DNA of 32,000 bases from an uncultured archaeon (lineage in GTDB: Archaea; Iainarchaeota; Iainarchaeia; Iainarchaeales; JAAZKV01), in the NCBI GenBank assembly GCA_964551375.1, contig CAZKBG010000001.1, forward strand, positions 600,001 to 632,000, given 5' to 3'. Under the pieces are notes generated by a model. It had not been told where the DNA came from and did not search any database. It saw only the letters and a list, made by a program, of their open reading frames with translations. Position 1 is the stretch's first letter; each line of letters starts with the position of its first letter. Below, piece after piece: positions 16,873 through 24,840 of the stretch. Both the position numbers and the translations under genes were made by a program.

Positions 16873-17691
16873 TTAAACTATCTCAAAGCTTCCATTTGGA
16901 AGAACTGAAACGAAATCATCCACGCTTAAATTAAGTCCCTTTTTTAGAAATCTGTCTTTTAGAAGTTTGGCTGTCTGCTCTTTTGAAATAGAGCCTTGCC
17001 TTAATTCAACTGAAAAAGTGCAGTGCTTTCGAACTGCAGAAATCGGGCCTGCCATAAGCACTTTTTCACGATTAAAATAGCCAACAGCGCAGGCAAGAAC
17101 TGATTTTCTAAACCAATTTCTCTCGCCATAAATCATAAACGCTCCTGTGCTTAACGATTCGCCGCTTTTTGCGGATTTTGAAACCTGCTCAGGCTTCACT
17201 GAATACACATCCGCAATTGCCCTTCCTTCTTCCCAAGCTTTTGAAAAAGTTGCTGCAAAAACAGCAGCTTCTTTCATTGAGTTATCCGGGGCAATGAATT
17301 CATTTCCCTTTAACTCTTCAGGAGCCTGAATAAAACAATGCGGAGCTCCAAAAACTTCCGCGTGAAAATAAATATCATTTTTCTTCATTCGCTTTTTTAC
17401 AAGCTCTTCATTGCTTTTGGCATCTTTTCCACCAACAACCAAGTAGCCGTCTGAAGTAAAGAACCACCTGAATGATTCAAACCATTTTTTTGAGCGGGCT
17501 TTTTTATTTTTTTCAAGAATTGGAGCCTCTTTATTTAATTTTTCCTGCTCAAGACGCTCATTCATCTTTTGTTCAAGTATAATAAGCGCTTTTTCAATTC
17601 CCAAAATCTTTTTTTTGGCAGTTTTGGATTTCTCAAAGTAAGCCGCTGCATTCTCGTCAAGAGATTTTGATAAATCAATTTCTAAATCCAT
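16873..17691 (-). CDS. NFACT-R (DUF814) domain protein corresponding to the C-terminal half of Rqc2/NEMF/RqcH/FbpA-type proteins; no NFACT-N domain
   Basis: 272-aa ORF. A coiled-coil opening (ENAAAYFEKSKTAKKKILGIEKAL) is followed by WFESFRWFFTSDGYLVVGGKDAKSNEELVKKRMKKNDIYFHAEVFGAPHCFI, the DUF814 core. It is far shorter than the full-length NFACT proteins as I recall them (several hundred aa). Confidence 0.7.
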   Translation of the reverse strand: MDLEIDLSKSLDENAAAYFEKSKTAKKKILGIEKALIILEQKMNERLEQEKLNKEAPILEKNKKARSKKWFESFRWFFTSDGYLVVGGKDAKSNEELVKKRMKKNDIYFHAEVFGAPHCFIQAPEELKGNEFIAPDNSMKEAAVFAATFSKAWEEGRAIADVYSVKPEQVSKSAKSGESLSTGAFMIYGERNWFRKSVLACAVGYFNREKVLMAGPISAVRKHCTFSVELRQGSISKEQTAKLLKDRFLKKGLNLSVDDFVSVLPNGSFEIV

Positions 17692-17733
17692 AAAAATAAA
17701 ATAAATAGAAAAGAAGTAAAAATATAACTGCTG

Positions 17734-18273
17734 CTAGTCAACAGCAGCCTTTTTTCGCATAATTTCAATTATTGAATCAGTCCTTGAACTTCGCTTAAAT
17801 GCGGGCTCTGTAAGGTAGAAAACCTGCCTGTCTTTAACCACTTCATAATAATTTGGAATTTTCTTCATATAATTTTCCTGCAAATTTTTATGATATGATT
17901 CAACATCTTCATAGAACTGAAAACTAATAACATTAAAGTTTCCCGAGCCCATTACTGAATTAAGAGAGAACACATGAGGATCTTTTCTTGCAACCGCAAG
18001 GTACTGCTCCACAAATTCAGGCTTTGAAAAGTCAAGCTGAAGCAGTTCAACTGCTTCAAGTTTGTATCCTAATTTCCAAAAAGCAATTTTAGGGCCGTAT
18101 CCTGTAAGAACCCCTTCCTTTTGAAGATAATCAAGCGAACTCTTAATTGTGGCAAGGTGAAAACTTGTTTTTGTTTTAATTCTTCTAATATTAGGCTGAG
18201 TAGCGCCCTTTTCTATTAGGGCTTTTAGAACATTAAGCCTTATTTCATCGTCAACTTTCATCTTTTGAGCCAT
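17734..18273 (-). CDS. Winged-helix transcriptional regulator, Lrp/AsnC-like architecture (divergent)
   Basis: 179-aa ORF. The N-terminal wHTH is RLNVLKALIEKGATQPNIRRIKTKTSFHLATIKSSLDYLQKEGVLTGY. It is followed by KLGYKLEAVELLQL, which resembles the start of an Lrp RAM domain. The similarity is weaker than for 21699..22178. Confidence 0.5.
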   Translation of the reverse strand: MAQKMKVDDEIRLNVLKALIEKGATQPNIRRIKTKTSFHLATIKSSLDYLQKEGVLTGYGPKIAFWKLGYKLEAVELLQLDFSKPEFVEQYLAVARKDPHVFSLNSVMGSGNFNVISFQFYEDVESYHKNLQENYMKKIPNYYEVVKDRQVFYLTEPAFKRSSRTDSIIEIMRKKAAVD

Positions 18274-18479
18274 AATTTACCACAACAAGAGGGTTTTTCG
18301 TATTTAGACAATTGTGGAAAAACCACTTATAATAACAATATCTTACACCATAATATATTTAAGTGTATGTTTTATTACACTAAAATCTGATTAATACTTA
18401 TTAAGCGTAGAGATTACTAAGTATATTGGAAATTTAAGGAGGGATGTAAAAGAGTAGTTTGAAACAAAGTTTTTGGAAA

Positions 18480-18546
18480 GAAAATATGGGGTAGGCTCAC
18501 CAGGCTTTAAATGGATTTCTAATTCTAATTCCAACCCCATGTTTTC
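18480..18546. repeat. 16-nt imperfect inverted repeat GAAAA[T/C]ATGGGGT[A/T]GG with a 35-nt spacer
   Basis: 18480-18495 is gaaaatatggggtagg. The reverse complement of 18531-18546 is gaaaacatggggttgg (14 of 16 identical). It lies in the longest intergenic spacer, just 3' of the 18561..19391 gene. Confidence 0.85.
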
Positions 18547-18560
18547 TAAAAGAATAATTA

Positions 18561-19391
18561 TTATTTTAAGCATCTTTTTTTAGCAGAAGAAGTTTTCTTT
18601 GTTTGGGTTTTAGAGTTCATTTTATGCAAATAAATATTTGAATAAATAACCTGATTCGAAACCGCATGAAGAGTGTAAATAAAACCAGTCACTACTACAA
18701 GAATCCAGAACAAAATCAAGAAGCCAGGAACTGAAATAAAGAATGCAATCACAAACTTTATCACTGAAACAGAAAAAGGGATTACTGAATATAGAACAAC
18801 AATTCTTTTGTTTGAAAATGACTCAAAAAGAGTGAGTTTGAATGACTCCTTAACCCCTTTTTTCCCAAATATTATTGTGGGAAACAAAAAATACAACAAA
18901 AATATAAAAGCAAAACCAACCGCAAGCGAAACAATCCAAGAAAACTCGTCAAAGTTCAGGCTGATTAATATAAAAGAAAGAATTCCGGAGGCAATTCCGA
19001 CAAGAGCCGCGGACAAAATGCCCGCAAATATTATTTTTCCGATTTTTTTCTTAACAGGAAGAATTGCTTTTGCAAAGTTAATCTTTCCGCTAATTGCCTG
19101 CTCAACAAGAGTCGGATAAATTCCAGAAAATATAATATCGAAGAAAAAAGTTCCAAGAGTAAGCAAAAGAAGAACAACCGCCGAGCCGAGAAGAGAAGAC
19201 AAATCAACCAAAGCCGCTTTTGAAGGATCGGACATTAAAACAAACATCTGCTGAATTAATCCAACGCTGACAATAAGCCCGTAGCCGTACAAAACAGCAA
19301 TTACTAATTTTGGAATAAAAATAAAAGGGTGCTTTAATGACAGCTTAAACGAAAACACAAGCGCATTATAAGTATCAAGCAGTTTATTCAT
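18561..19391 (-). CDS. Hypothetical polytopic membrane protein, tightly coupled to topA
   Basis: The ORF is open from a GTG at 19400 that overlaps the topA stop (ATGTGA). The first ATG, at 19391, lies 5 nt after the topA stop. There are at least 6 hydrophobic segments and a K-rich C-terminus. It shares a loop motif with the 23990..24796 product. Confidence 0.55.
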   Translation of the reverse strand: MNKLLDTYNALVFSFKLSLKHPFIFIPKLVIAVLYGYGLIVSVGLIQQMFVLMSDPSKAALVDLSSLLGSAVVLLLLTLGTFFFDIIFSGIYPTLVEQAISGKINFAKAILPVKKKIGKIIFAGILSAALVGIASGILSFILISLNFDEFSWIVSLAVGFAFIFLLYFLFPTIIFGKKGVKESFKLTLFESFSNKRIVVLYSVIPFSVSVIKFVIAFFISVPGFLILFWILVVVTGFIYTLHAVSNQVIYSNIYLHKMNSKTQTKKTSSAKKRCLK

Positions 19392-19396
19392 TAAAA

Positions 19397-21607
19397 TCAC
19401 ATTGTTTTTTCATTTACTTTTGGCTTTTTTACCGAAAGCTTCCTTGATTTTTTTGGCTTTTCACTAGCGCCTGCATCAACAGAAGGAGAAGCAGTATTAT
19501 TTTTAACTTCGTCTGATTTTAACCCAACCACAGTAACAGGCTGGTGATGATCTTTTGACTGTTCAGCAGCTTTTTTCACAGCATCCTCTTTTTTGCCCCA
19601 GTCTTTTTTTGTAACACATGTCATAGTCAGGCACATCTTGTAGCTGAACTTTCCATTCTTCACGCTAATAATCGGAGCTTTGCATTCAGGACAGTACTGA
19701 TTAAGCGAAGCAATAGTTCCTTTTTGCGGAAGCGGATAAGTTACTGTGCAATTAGGATATCCTGAACACCCAACAAATCTTTTCCCAAGCTTGCTTTTTC
19801 TTAAAACTAAATTAGCACCGCAAGTGCACTTTCCAAAATTATCGCTGTACTTTAAAGACATTCTTAACTCAAGCCCAACAGCATCCTTGTTTTTGAAAAG
19901 CAGTTCCATAACCTGCCTTAAATCAGCGCTTGACTTATCAACTACAGCCCTTTGGAGAAGCTTTCCTGCCGCAACCATATCCATCTCATTTTCAAGCTGA
20001 GCTGTCATTTCAGGCTTTGTAACAACCTCGCAGTGCTTTTGAAGCGAATCAATCACAGCAAAAGCAACTTTGCTTGGCTCAATACTTTTATTACCAGAAA
20101 TATACTTTCTCGCATAAAGCTTTTGAATAATTGAAGGGCGGGTGGATTTAGTTCCAAGATTATTATCCTCCATTAATTTAATCAGCGAACCTTGGCTGTA
20201 TCTCCCTGGAGGCTGGGTTTCTTTCTCATTCATATCAAGTTTCAAAACTTTAACAACATCCCCTAACGCAAGCTTTGGAAGAAGAGTTTCATTTAATTCG
20301 CTGTATGGATAAACTCCCTTCCACCCCGCAAATAAAATTACCTGCCCCTTTGCAATAAACGGCTCCCCAGCAATCTCAATCAAAACACTCGTATTCTCTG
20401 TCTTTGCATCTTCGCTCAGCGTTGCCAAAAATCTTCTAGCAATAAGCTCGTAAATTTTCCATTCTTCAAGCGAGAGGGCTTCCTTTTGAACCGCATTAAC
20501 AGGATAAATAGGAGGATGATCCTTTGTTTCCTTTCCCGCCGAAGGAATAATTTCTTTTTGATTTAAAACACTCAACACATCATCAGTGAGAGCTTTTACA
20601 GACACAAGTTTATTTAGAATCTGCTTTAAGTCAATTGATTTTGGATAAGTGCAGTTATCAGTCCTCGGATAAGAAGTGAAACCTTTTTGATAAAGAGTCT
20701 CTGCAATATCCATCGCCCTTCCAGCGGCAAAGCCAATCGCAGTAGCGGCTCTTAGAAATTCAGTAGTATTAAACGGAACAGGCTTTTTTATCACACGAAC
20801 TTTAGTATCAACCTTCTTCACAATTCCTGAAGTCGGATTCTTGTCAAAAATTGCTTTTGCTTTTTCTTTTTCCCAAAACTTTTCATCCTGATGAACTGCC
20901 TCAAACTCTTTGCCGCTCTTTTCACAATGCGCAATTAGTTCCCAATATTTCCGGCTTTGAAAAGCAAGGCGCTCTTTCTCCCTGTTTACTACAAGGGCCA
21001 GCGTAGGGGTTTGCACTCTTCCAACACTTAAAAAATCTTTTCCAATCGAGCCTGAGATAATTGAAAGAAATCTTGTAAGCACAGCTCCCCAAATTAAATC
21101 AATTTCCCTTCTTGCATTTGCGGAATAAGCAAAATTATAATCAAACTTTTCAAGAGAGGAAAAAGATTTTGAAATATCCTCTTTAGTAATCGCAGAAAAA
21201 TACGCTCTTTTTACATTAATTTTCTTATTTGTATCCTGCGCGTAAGTAATTGCTTCAAGACCTATTGCTTCCCCTTCCCTGTCCGCATCAGTCGCAATAA
21301 TAATATTTTCAGCGCCAAATGAAACTTCCCTTAATGCATTAATAATAGCCCATTCTTTTTCAGAGTAAACAATTATTTCAGGATTAATTAATTCCCGAAC
21401 ATCAACCCCTCTCCAATTAGCATATTGTTTTGGAAACTCAACATCAGAAATATGCCCCCTAAGAGGAACGAGAAGTATTTCTTTTCCCGCCCAGTTAAAT
21501 TCAAACACTTTAGCCCCCGAAACGCTTTTTGTCCGCACGCCCGCATCCGCAAGATACTTTGCGATATTCTCCCCAGCAATTGCTTTTTCTGAAATAATTA
21601 GATCCAT
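19397..21607 (-). CDS. topA: DNA topoisomerase I (type IA) with C-terminal zinc ribbons
   Basis: Toprim domain: MDLIISEKAIAGENIAKYL...IIATDADREGEAIG. Active-site region: FTSYPRTDN. C-terminal Cys4 ribbons: CTCGANLVLRKSKLGKRFVGCSGYPNC and CPECKAPIISV. The ORF is open to 21676, but that 23-aa extension (MQKSVVEVLPLPFKFFCFLLLLS) is not TopA-like, so I chose the start at 21607. Confidence 0.9.
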   Translation of the reverse strand: MDLIISEKAIAGENIAKYLADAGVRTKSVSGAKVFEFNWAGKEILLVPLRGHISDVEFPKQYANWRGVDVRELINPEIIVYSEKEWAIINALREVSFGAENIIIATDADREGEAIGLEAITYAQDTNKKINVKRAYFSAITKEDISKSFSSLEKFDYNFAYSANARREIDLIWGAVLTRFLSIISGSIGKDFLSVGRVQTPTLALVVNREKERLAFQSRKYWELIAHCEKSGKEFEAVHQDEKFWEKEKAKAIFDKNPTSGIVKKVDTKVRVIKKPVPFNTTEFLRAATAIGFAAGRAMDIAETLYQKGFTSYPRTDNCTYPKSIDLKQILNKLVSVKALTDDVLSVLNQKEIIPSAGKETKDHPPIYPVNAVQKEALSLEEWKIYELIARRFLATLSEDAKTENTSVLIEIAGEPFIAKGQVILFAGWKGVYPYSELNETLLPKLALGDVVKVLKLDMNEKETQPPGRYSQGSLIKLMEDNNLGTKSTRPSIIQKLYARKYISGNKSIEPSKVAFAVIDSLQKHCEVVTKPEMTAQLENEMDMVAAGKLLQRAVVDKSSADLRQVMELLFKNKDAVGLELRMSLKYSDNFGKCTCGANLVLRKSKLGKRFVGCSGYPNCTVTYPLPQKGTIASLNQYCPECKAPIISVKNGKFSYKMCLTMTCVTKKDWGKKEDAVKKAAEQSKDHHQPVTVVGLKSDEVKNNTASPSVDAGASEKPKKSRKLSVKKPKVNEKTM

Positions 21608-21698
21608 TGATAACAGTAAAAGGAAACAAAAAAACTTAAAAGGGAGAGGTAAAACTTCGACAACTGACTTTTGCAAATCAAGCCAAAACTAAGGCGGA

Positions 21699-22178
21699 TT
21701 AGATTTTGTTTTGAAGAGTGGTGCTTGGAAGCGATTTTGTCTTCTTAAGCTCCGAAAGCACAACCATTGTTTTTAGGTCAATTACTCCGTCAATCAAACC
21801 AAGCTGATTAATGAATTTTTCAGCGCTCTCGAGGTTTGGAACAATAAGTTTTGAAATAATATTATACTCTCCAAGAACCTGATAAAGCTCAAGGACAAAA
21901 TCAAAACTATGCAACCGCTTTACTATATCCTTAGTCTTTGAAGCCTCGCATCTCATTTGGACATAAATAGGATTCTCATAACCCAAAACTTTGTAATTTA
22001 AATCAACGCTGATTCCGCTTATTACGCCCCTTCTTTTCAGCGATTCAACTCTTTTTTTTATTGCAACATCAGTAAGCCCCGAGTCCCTTGCAATAGCAGA
22101 GAAAGACGCTCTCCCGTCCACTAAAAGCGCCTGAAGTATTAAATGATCAATCTTATCCAAAGAAATCAAACCATTCAC
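21699..22178 (-). CDS. Lrp/AsnC family transcriptional regulator
   Basis: 159-aa ORF. LDKIDHLILQALLVDGRASFSAIARDSGLTDVAIKKRVESLKRRGVISGISVDLNYKVLGY is the HTH_AsnC part, followed by a RAM domain. It lies directly upstream of topA on the same strand. Confidence 0.85.
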   Translation of the reverse strand: MNGLISLDKIDHLILQALLVDGRASFSAIARDSGLTDVAIKKRVESLKRRGVISGISVDLNYKVLGYENPIYVQMRCEASKTKDIVKRLHSFDFVLELYQVLGEYNIISKLIVPNLESAEKFINQLGLIDGVIDLKTMVVLSELKKTKSLPSTTLQNKI

Positions 22179-22304
22179 CCCTTATAAGTTAAGAAAACTA
22201 AGCAACCCCTTAGCAAAATAGACAAAAGAAGAGTTTAAAATTCGATTTCTTAACGAAAATGAGGCGTTTCTCAAATCAAATATCCCCAAAGTGGTTTGAT
22301 TATC

Positions 22305-22314
22305 TAATTTAAAC
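22305..22314 (+). promoter_or_regulatory. TATA-like box upstream of the NrdD-like gene
   Basis: taatttaaac is centred about 28 nt upstream of the ATG at 22338. Confidence 0.3.
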
Positions 22315-22337
22315 TGTATTGACCAAGAGATAGATTA

Positions 22338-23885
22338 ATGCACTCTGAAATTGTTGAAGAAAAGATACAAAAAATCGCAAAAGAAATACAGGAAGCCAAC
22401 GCAAGCGCATGGACTATTGCAAAGATAATAAAATCATTAAGCGAGATGAAAAGCGCAAGCGAAAAAAAACTCCGCGAACACGCATTATTAATGCTAAAAG
22501 AAATTGACCCAAATGCAGCCATAATTTATGAAAGATTCAGCAAAATGACCGTGTACACTTCAAATGAAAAAACAAAATCATTCAACAGGGGAAATATTGT
22601 AAATTCTCTTTTAAAAGAAACAAACATATCAAGAAGCGTTGCTGAAAAAATAACCACTGAAGTAGAAAACCAAATCAAGGACTCCAAAATTGAATTTTTA
22701 ACTCCAAGCCTGATTAGAGAGCTTGTAAACGCAAAATTAATTTCATACGGCTTTGAAGAGGTAAGAGACGCATACGCAAGAGTGGGCGAGCCTGTTAATG
22801 ATGTGCGACAGAAACTTCAAACCGCGCCATATGCGGGCGAAACCACAAGAGAATACAATATCCTAATAGAGCTCCCAAAAAAAGCAAGAGAACTTCATTT
22901 TAATGGAACAATACACATTGAAGACCTTGAAGGGTTCTCCCAAAGAGCATACGCTTATTCATTTATTGCAAATGAAAAAGACACTCTTGAAAAGACAATA
23001 TTTGACGCAATTGGTAGAATTACGCACAACAGAAAATACTTTTTTATCCAGCCTGCAATTTACGGACTGACTTTTGCATGCGCAGGATTTGTAAAAAATG
23101 AAGCGCACGCAAAAAAAGCTGCTGAAACTATTATTGAATCAAGCAAAATACTAAACGAACCTCCGCTTCTTTCGCTTGAGTTATTCACTCCAAGCGCTTT
23201 GAGCAATTTTTCAGAACAGAGGCTAAGCGCGGCAAAAATCGCAAACTATCTGCTCGGGCAAAATGTTGTTGTCGGAGTTGATTCAAAGTACTCTTTAAAA
23301 CTAATCGAGCCTGAAGGAAAGCAATTTGTAATATTAAATAACGCTCTTGAAGAATACTACCCGGTAAGCAAGGAAATATTCTCGCCGACACAAGGAATTG
23401 ATTTATATGTTAACATAAATCTTGAAAAAATTGCGGGGGAAAGCGAAAGCGAATTCTTTGAGTCGCTCAAAGAAGTTGCTGAGGCCATAGAAGAACTGCG
23501 CAAAACAAAACAAGCGCTTCTTATGAAAAGACCTTATTTAAAAGATTTCAAAATAAGCGAATTAAAAACAGCAATCGGACTCACAAACCTAAATATGCTC
23601 GCGCAAAACTTTACGACAAGCAAGCAAATAGAATTTGCGGGCAAAACTTACAAAGAAATATCAAAATTATTCAGCGACTGCCTGCTTTTTGGATTAAGCA
23701 GCGAAAACGTGCGGGCAAAATTCTCCGAAACAAGCGAAAAAGAAATATTCTCCCAGCAAACTCTCGGCTTTGACGAATGCTTAAAAGAAAAGAAATGCTG
23801 CTTCACAGGAAAAGCCGCGACAATAAAAGAAGTGAATGAGCTTCTTGACAAGAAAGTGAAAAAAGTAGAGTTTGTCGGGATTTAA
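22338..23885 (+). CDS. ATP-cone protein related to anaerobic (class III) ribonucleotide reductase NrdD, apparently without a glycyl-radical C-terminal domain
   Basis: 515-aa ORF. ATP-cone-like segment(s): FNRGNIVNSLLKETNISRSVAEKITTEVENQIKDSKIEFLTPSLIRELVNAKLISYGFEEVRDAY. NrdD-like H-x2-G-x-IH-x2-DL motif: LHFNGTIHIEDLEG. Later NrdD-like stretches, matched from memory of NrdD alignments: GIDLYVNINLEKIAGESESEFFESL, AIGLTNLNMLAQNF and FGLSSENVRAKF. There is no RVCGY-type glycine motif and no Cys4 cluster at the C-terminus. Confidence 0.55.
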   Translation: MHSEIVEEKIQKIAKEIQEANASAWTIAKIIKSLSEMKSASEKKLREHALLMLKEIDPNAAIIYERFSKMTVYTSNEKTKSFNRGNIVNSLLKETNISRSVAEKITTEVENQIKDSKIEFLTPSLIRELVNAKLISYGFEEVRDAYARVGEPVNDVRQKLQTAPYAGETTREYNILIELPKKARELHFNGTIHIEDLEGFSQRAYAYSFIANEKDTLEKTIFDAIGRITHNRKYFFIQPAIYGLTFACAGFVKNEAHAKKAAETIIESSKILNEPPLLSLELFTPSALSNFSEQRLSAAKIANYLLGQNVVVGVDSKYSLKLIEPEGKQFVILNNALEEYYPVSKEIFSPTQGIDLYVNINLEKIAGESESEFFESLKEVAEAIEELRKTKQALLMKRPYLKDFKISELKTAIGLTNLNMLAQNFTTSKQIEFAGKTYKEISKLFSDCLLFGLSSENVRAKFSETSEKEIFSQQTLGFDECLKEKKCCFTGKAATIKEVNELLDKKVKKVEFVGI

Positions 23886-23989
23886 ATACAACCCAAACAG
23901 AACTGATTTAGAAAAAGTTTATAAAAAAAGCTTAATGTTAAAAAAAGTGAATTAAATAAAATTAAACTAAGAAATTAAAGAAGAATAAC

Positions 23990-24796
23990 TTAAAGCTTTG
24001 AGCCGTGTCTTGGCTGTTCTCTTAATCTTGTCCCGTGCTTGAATTTTGGCTTCTCTGCCCTAGGAGCTCTTGCATGAACAAATTCATTGCTCTTCAATAA
24101 ATCAACTTTCATAAGGTAAGCGTATGATTTTGACTGCTCAATAAAAGGAACAAGGAAAACCATTATTATGAAAAATGAAACAATTGAACCAGGAAGCGCC
24201 ATAAGCTCAAGATAAAGCTCAATGTACACCGCGATAAATAATACTATTGAAGCAATAACAACAATTGCCGCGGCTGTAATTATATTTGAAGACCAGAATT
24301 CAATGCTTTTCCCAATAGATTCCCCAACAGTTGCTTCGTCAAGAACAATACTCTGCGGAGCGAACATTACAACAAGCGCAATAATTAAATTTATGATTAA
24401 AGCAAGCAGTCCGAAACCGTACATCGAGCCAAGAACGCTGATTAGGTAAAATACTATCGCAAATATCAAATATAAAATGAAAATCTTAAGAGCAGCGTCC
24501 TTAAACAAATTATTCCAATAAGTGTCAAAGCTTATGTTCTGAACATCTCTATGAACTGAATAAACAGTAAGCGAAACAAAAAATGAAAATACATACAGGA
24601 AAACAAGAACCAAAATAAGCCCTATTATTCCAAGAAGGCTTAAATCAAAAGAAAGGAAAACTGTTCCTGCGTTGAAGAAAAACTGGTTGAAAAAAGCAAA
24701 AAGCGCAAGGAAAACGAACAAAACCCCAAAACTAACCATTACGCGGGCGTTTGAGAAATACTCTTCAATAGCCCTCTTTAAAACAATTCCAATCAT
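23990..24796 (-). CDS. Hypothetical polytopic membrane protein
   Basis: 268-aa ORF with at least 6 hydrophobic segments and a basic C-terminal tail (RAPRAEKPKFKHGTRLREQPRHGSKL). Its loop motif VGESIGKSIEFWSSN resembles VKESFKLTLFESFSN in the 18561..19391 product. Confidence 0.55.
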   Translation of the reverse strand: MIGIVLKRAIEEYFSNARVMVSFGVLFVFLALFAFFNQFFFNAGTVFLSFDLSLLGIIGLILVLVFLYVFSFFVSLTVYSVHRDVQNISFDTYWNNLFKDAALKIFILYLIFAIVFYLISVLGSMYGFGLLALIINLIIALVVMFAPQSIVLDEATVGESIGKSIEFWSSNIITAAAIVVIASIVLFIAVYIELYLELMALPGSIVSFFIIMVFLVPFIEQSKSYAYLMKVDLLKSNEFVHARAPRAEKPKFKHGTRLREQPRHGSKL

Positions 24797-24840
24797 CTAA
24801 ACCAAACCAATTCATCACTAAAAAAGTTTAAAAAACAACC

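Noticed and set aside
18486-18540. Possible tRNA or other small RNA, suggested by the ATGGGGT...ACCCCAT stem
   Set aside because: The element is only about 55-67 nt with a single long stem and a 35-nt AT-rich loop. It has no cloverleaf arms and no T-loop GTTCRA motif. It is kept as an inverted repeat, not as a tRNA.
18391-18573. 60-aa minus-strand ORF in the long 18274-18560 spacer
   Set aside because: It barely reaches the length threshold, runs through the inverted repeat and overlaps the end of the neighbouring gene. It has no start context or motif. I treat the region as non-coding.
21608-21676. 23-aa N-terminal extension of the topA ORF (MQKSVVEVLPLPFKFFCFLLLLS)
   Set aside because: Type IA topoisomerases begin at the Toprim strand (MDLIISEK...). 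The extension is probably just an upstream open frame.
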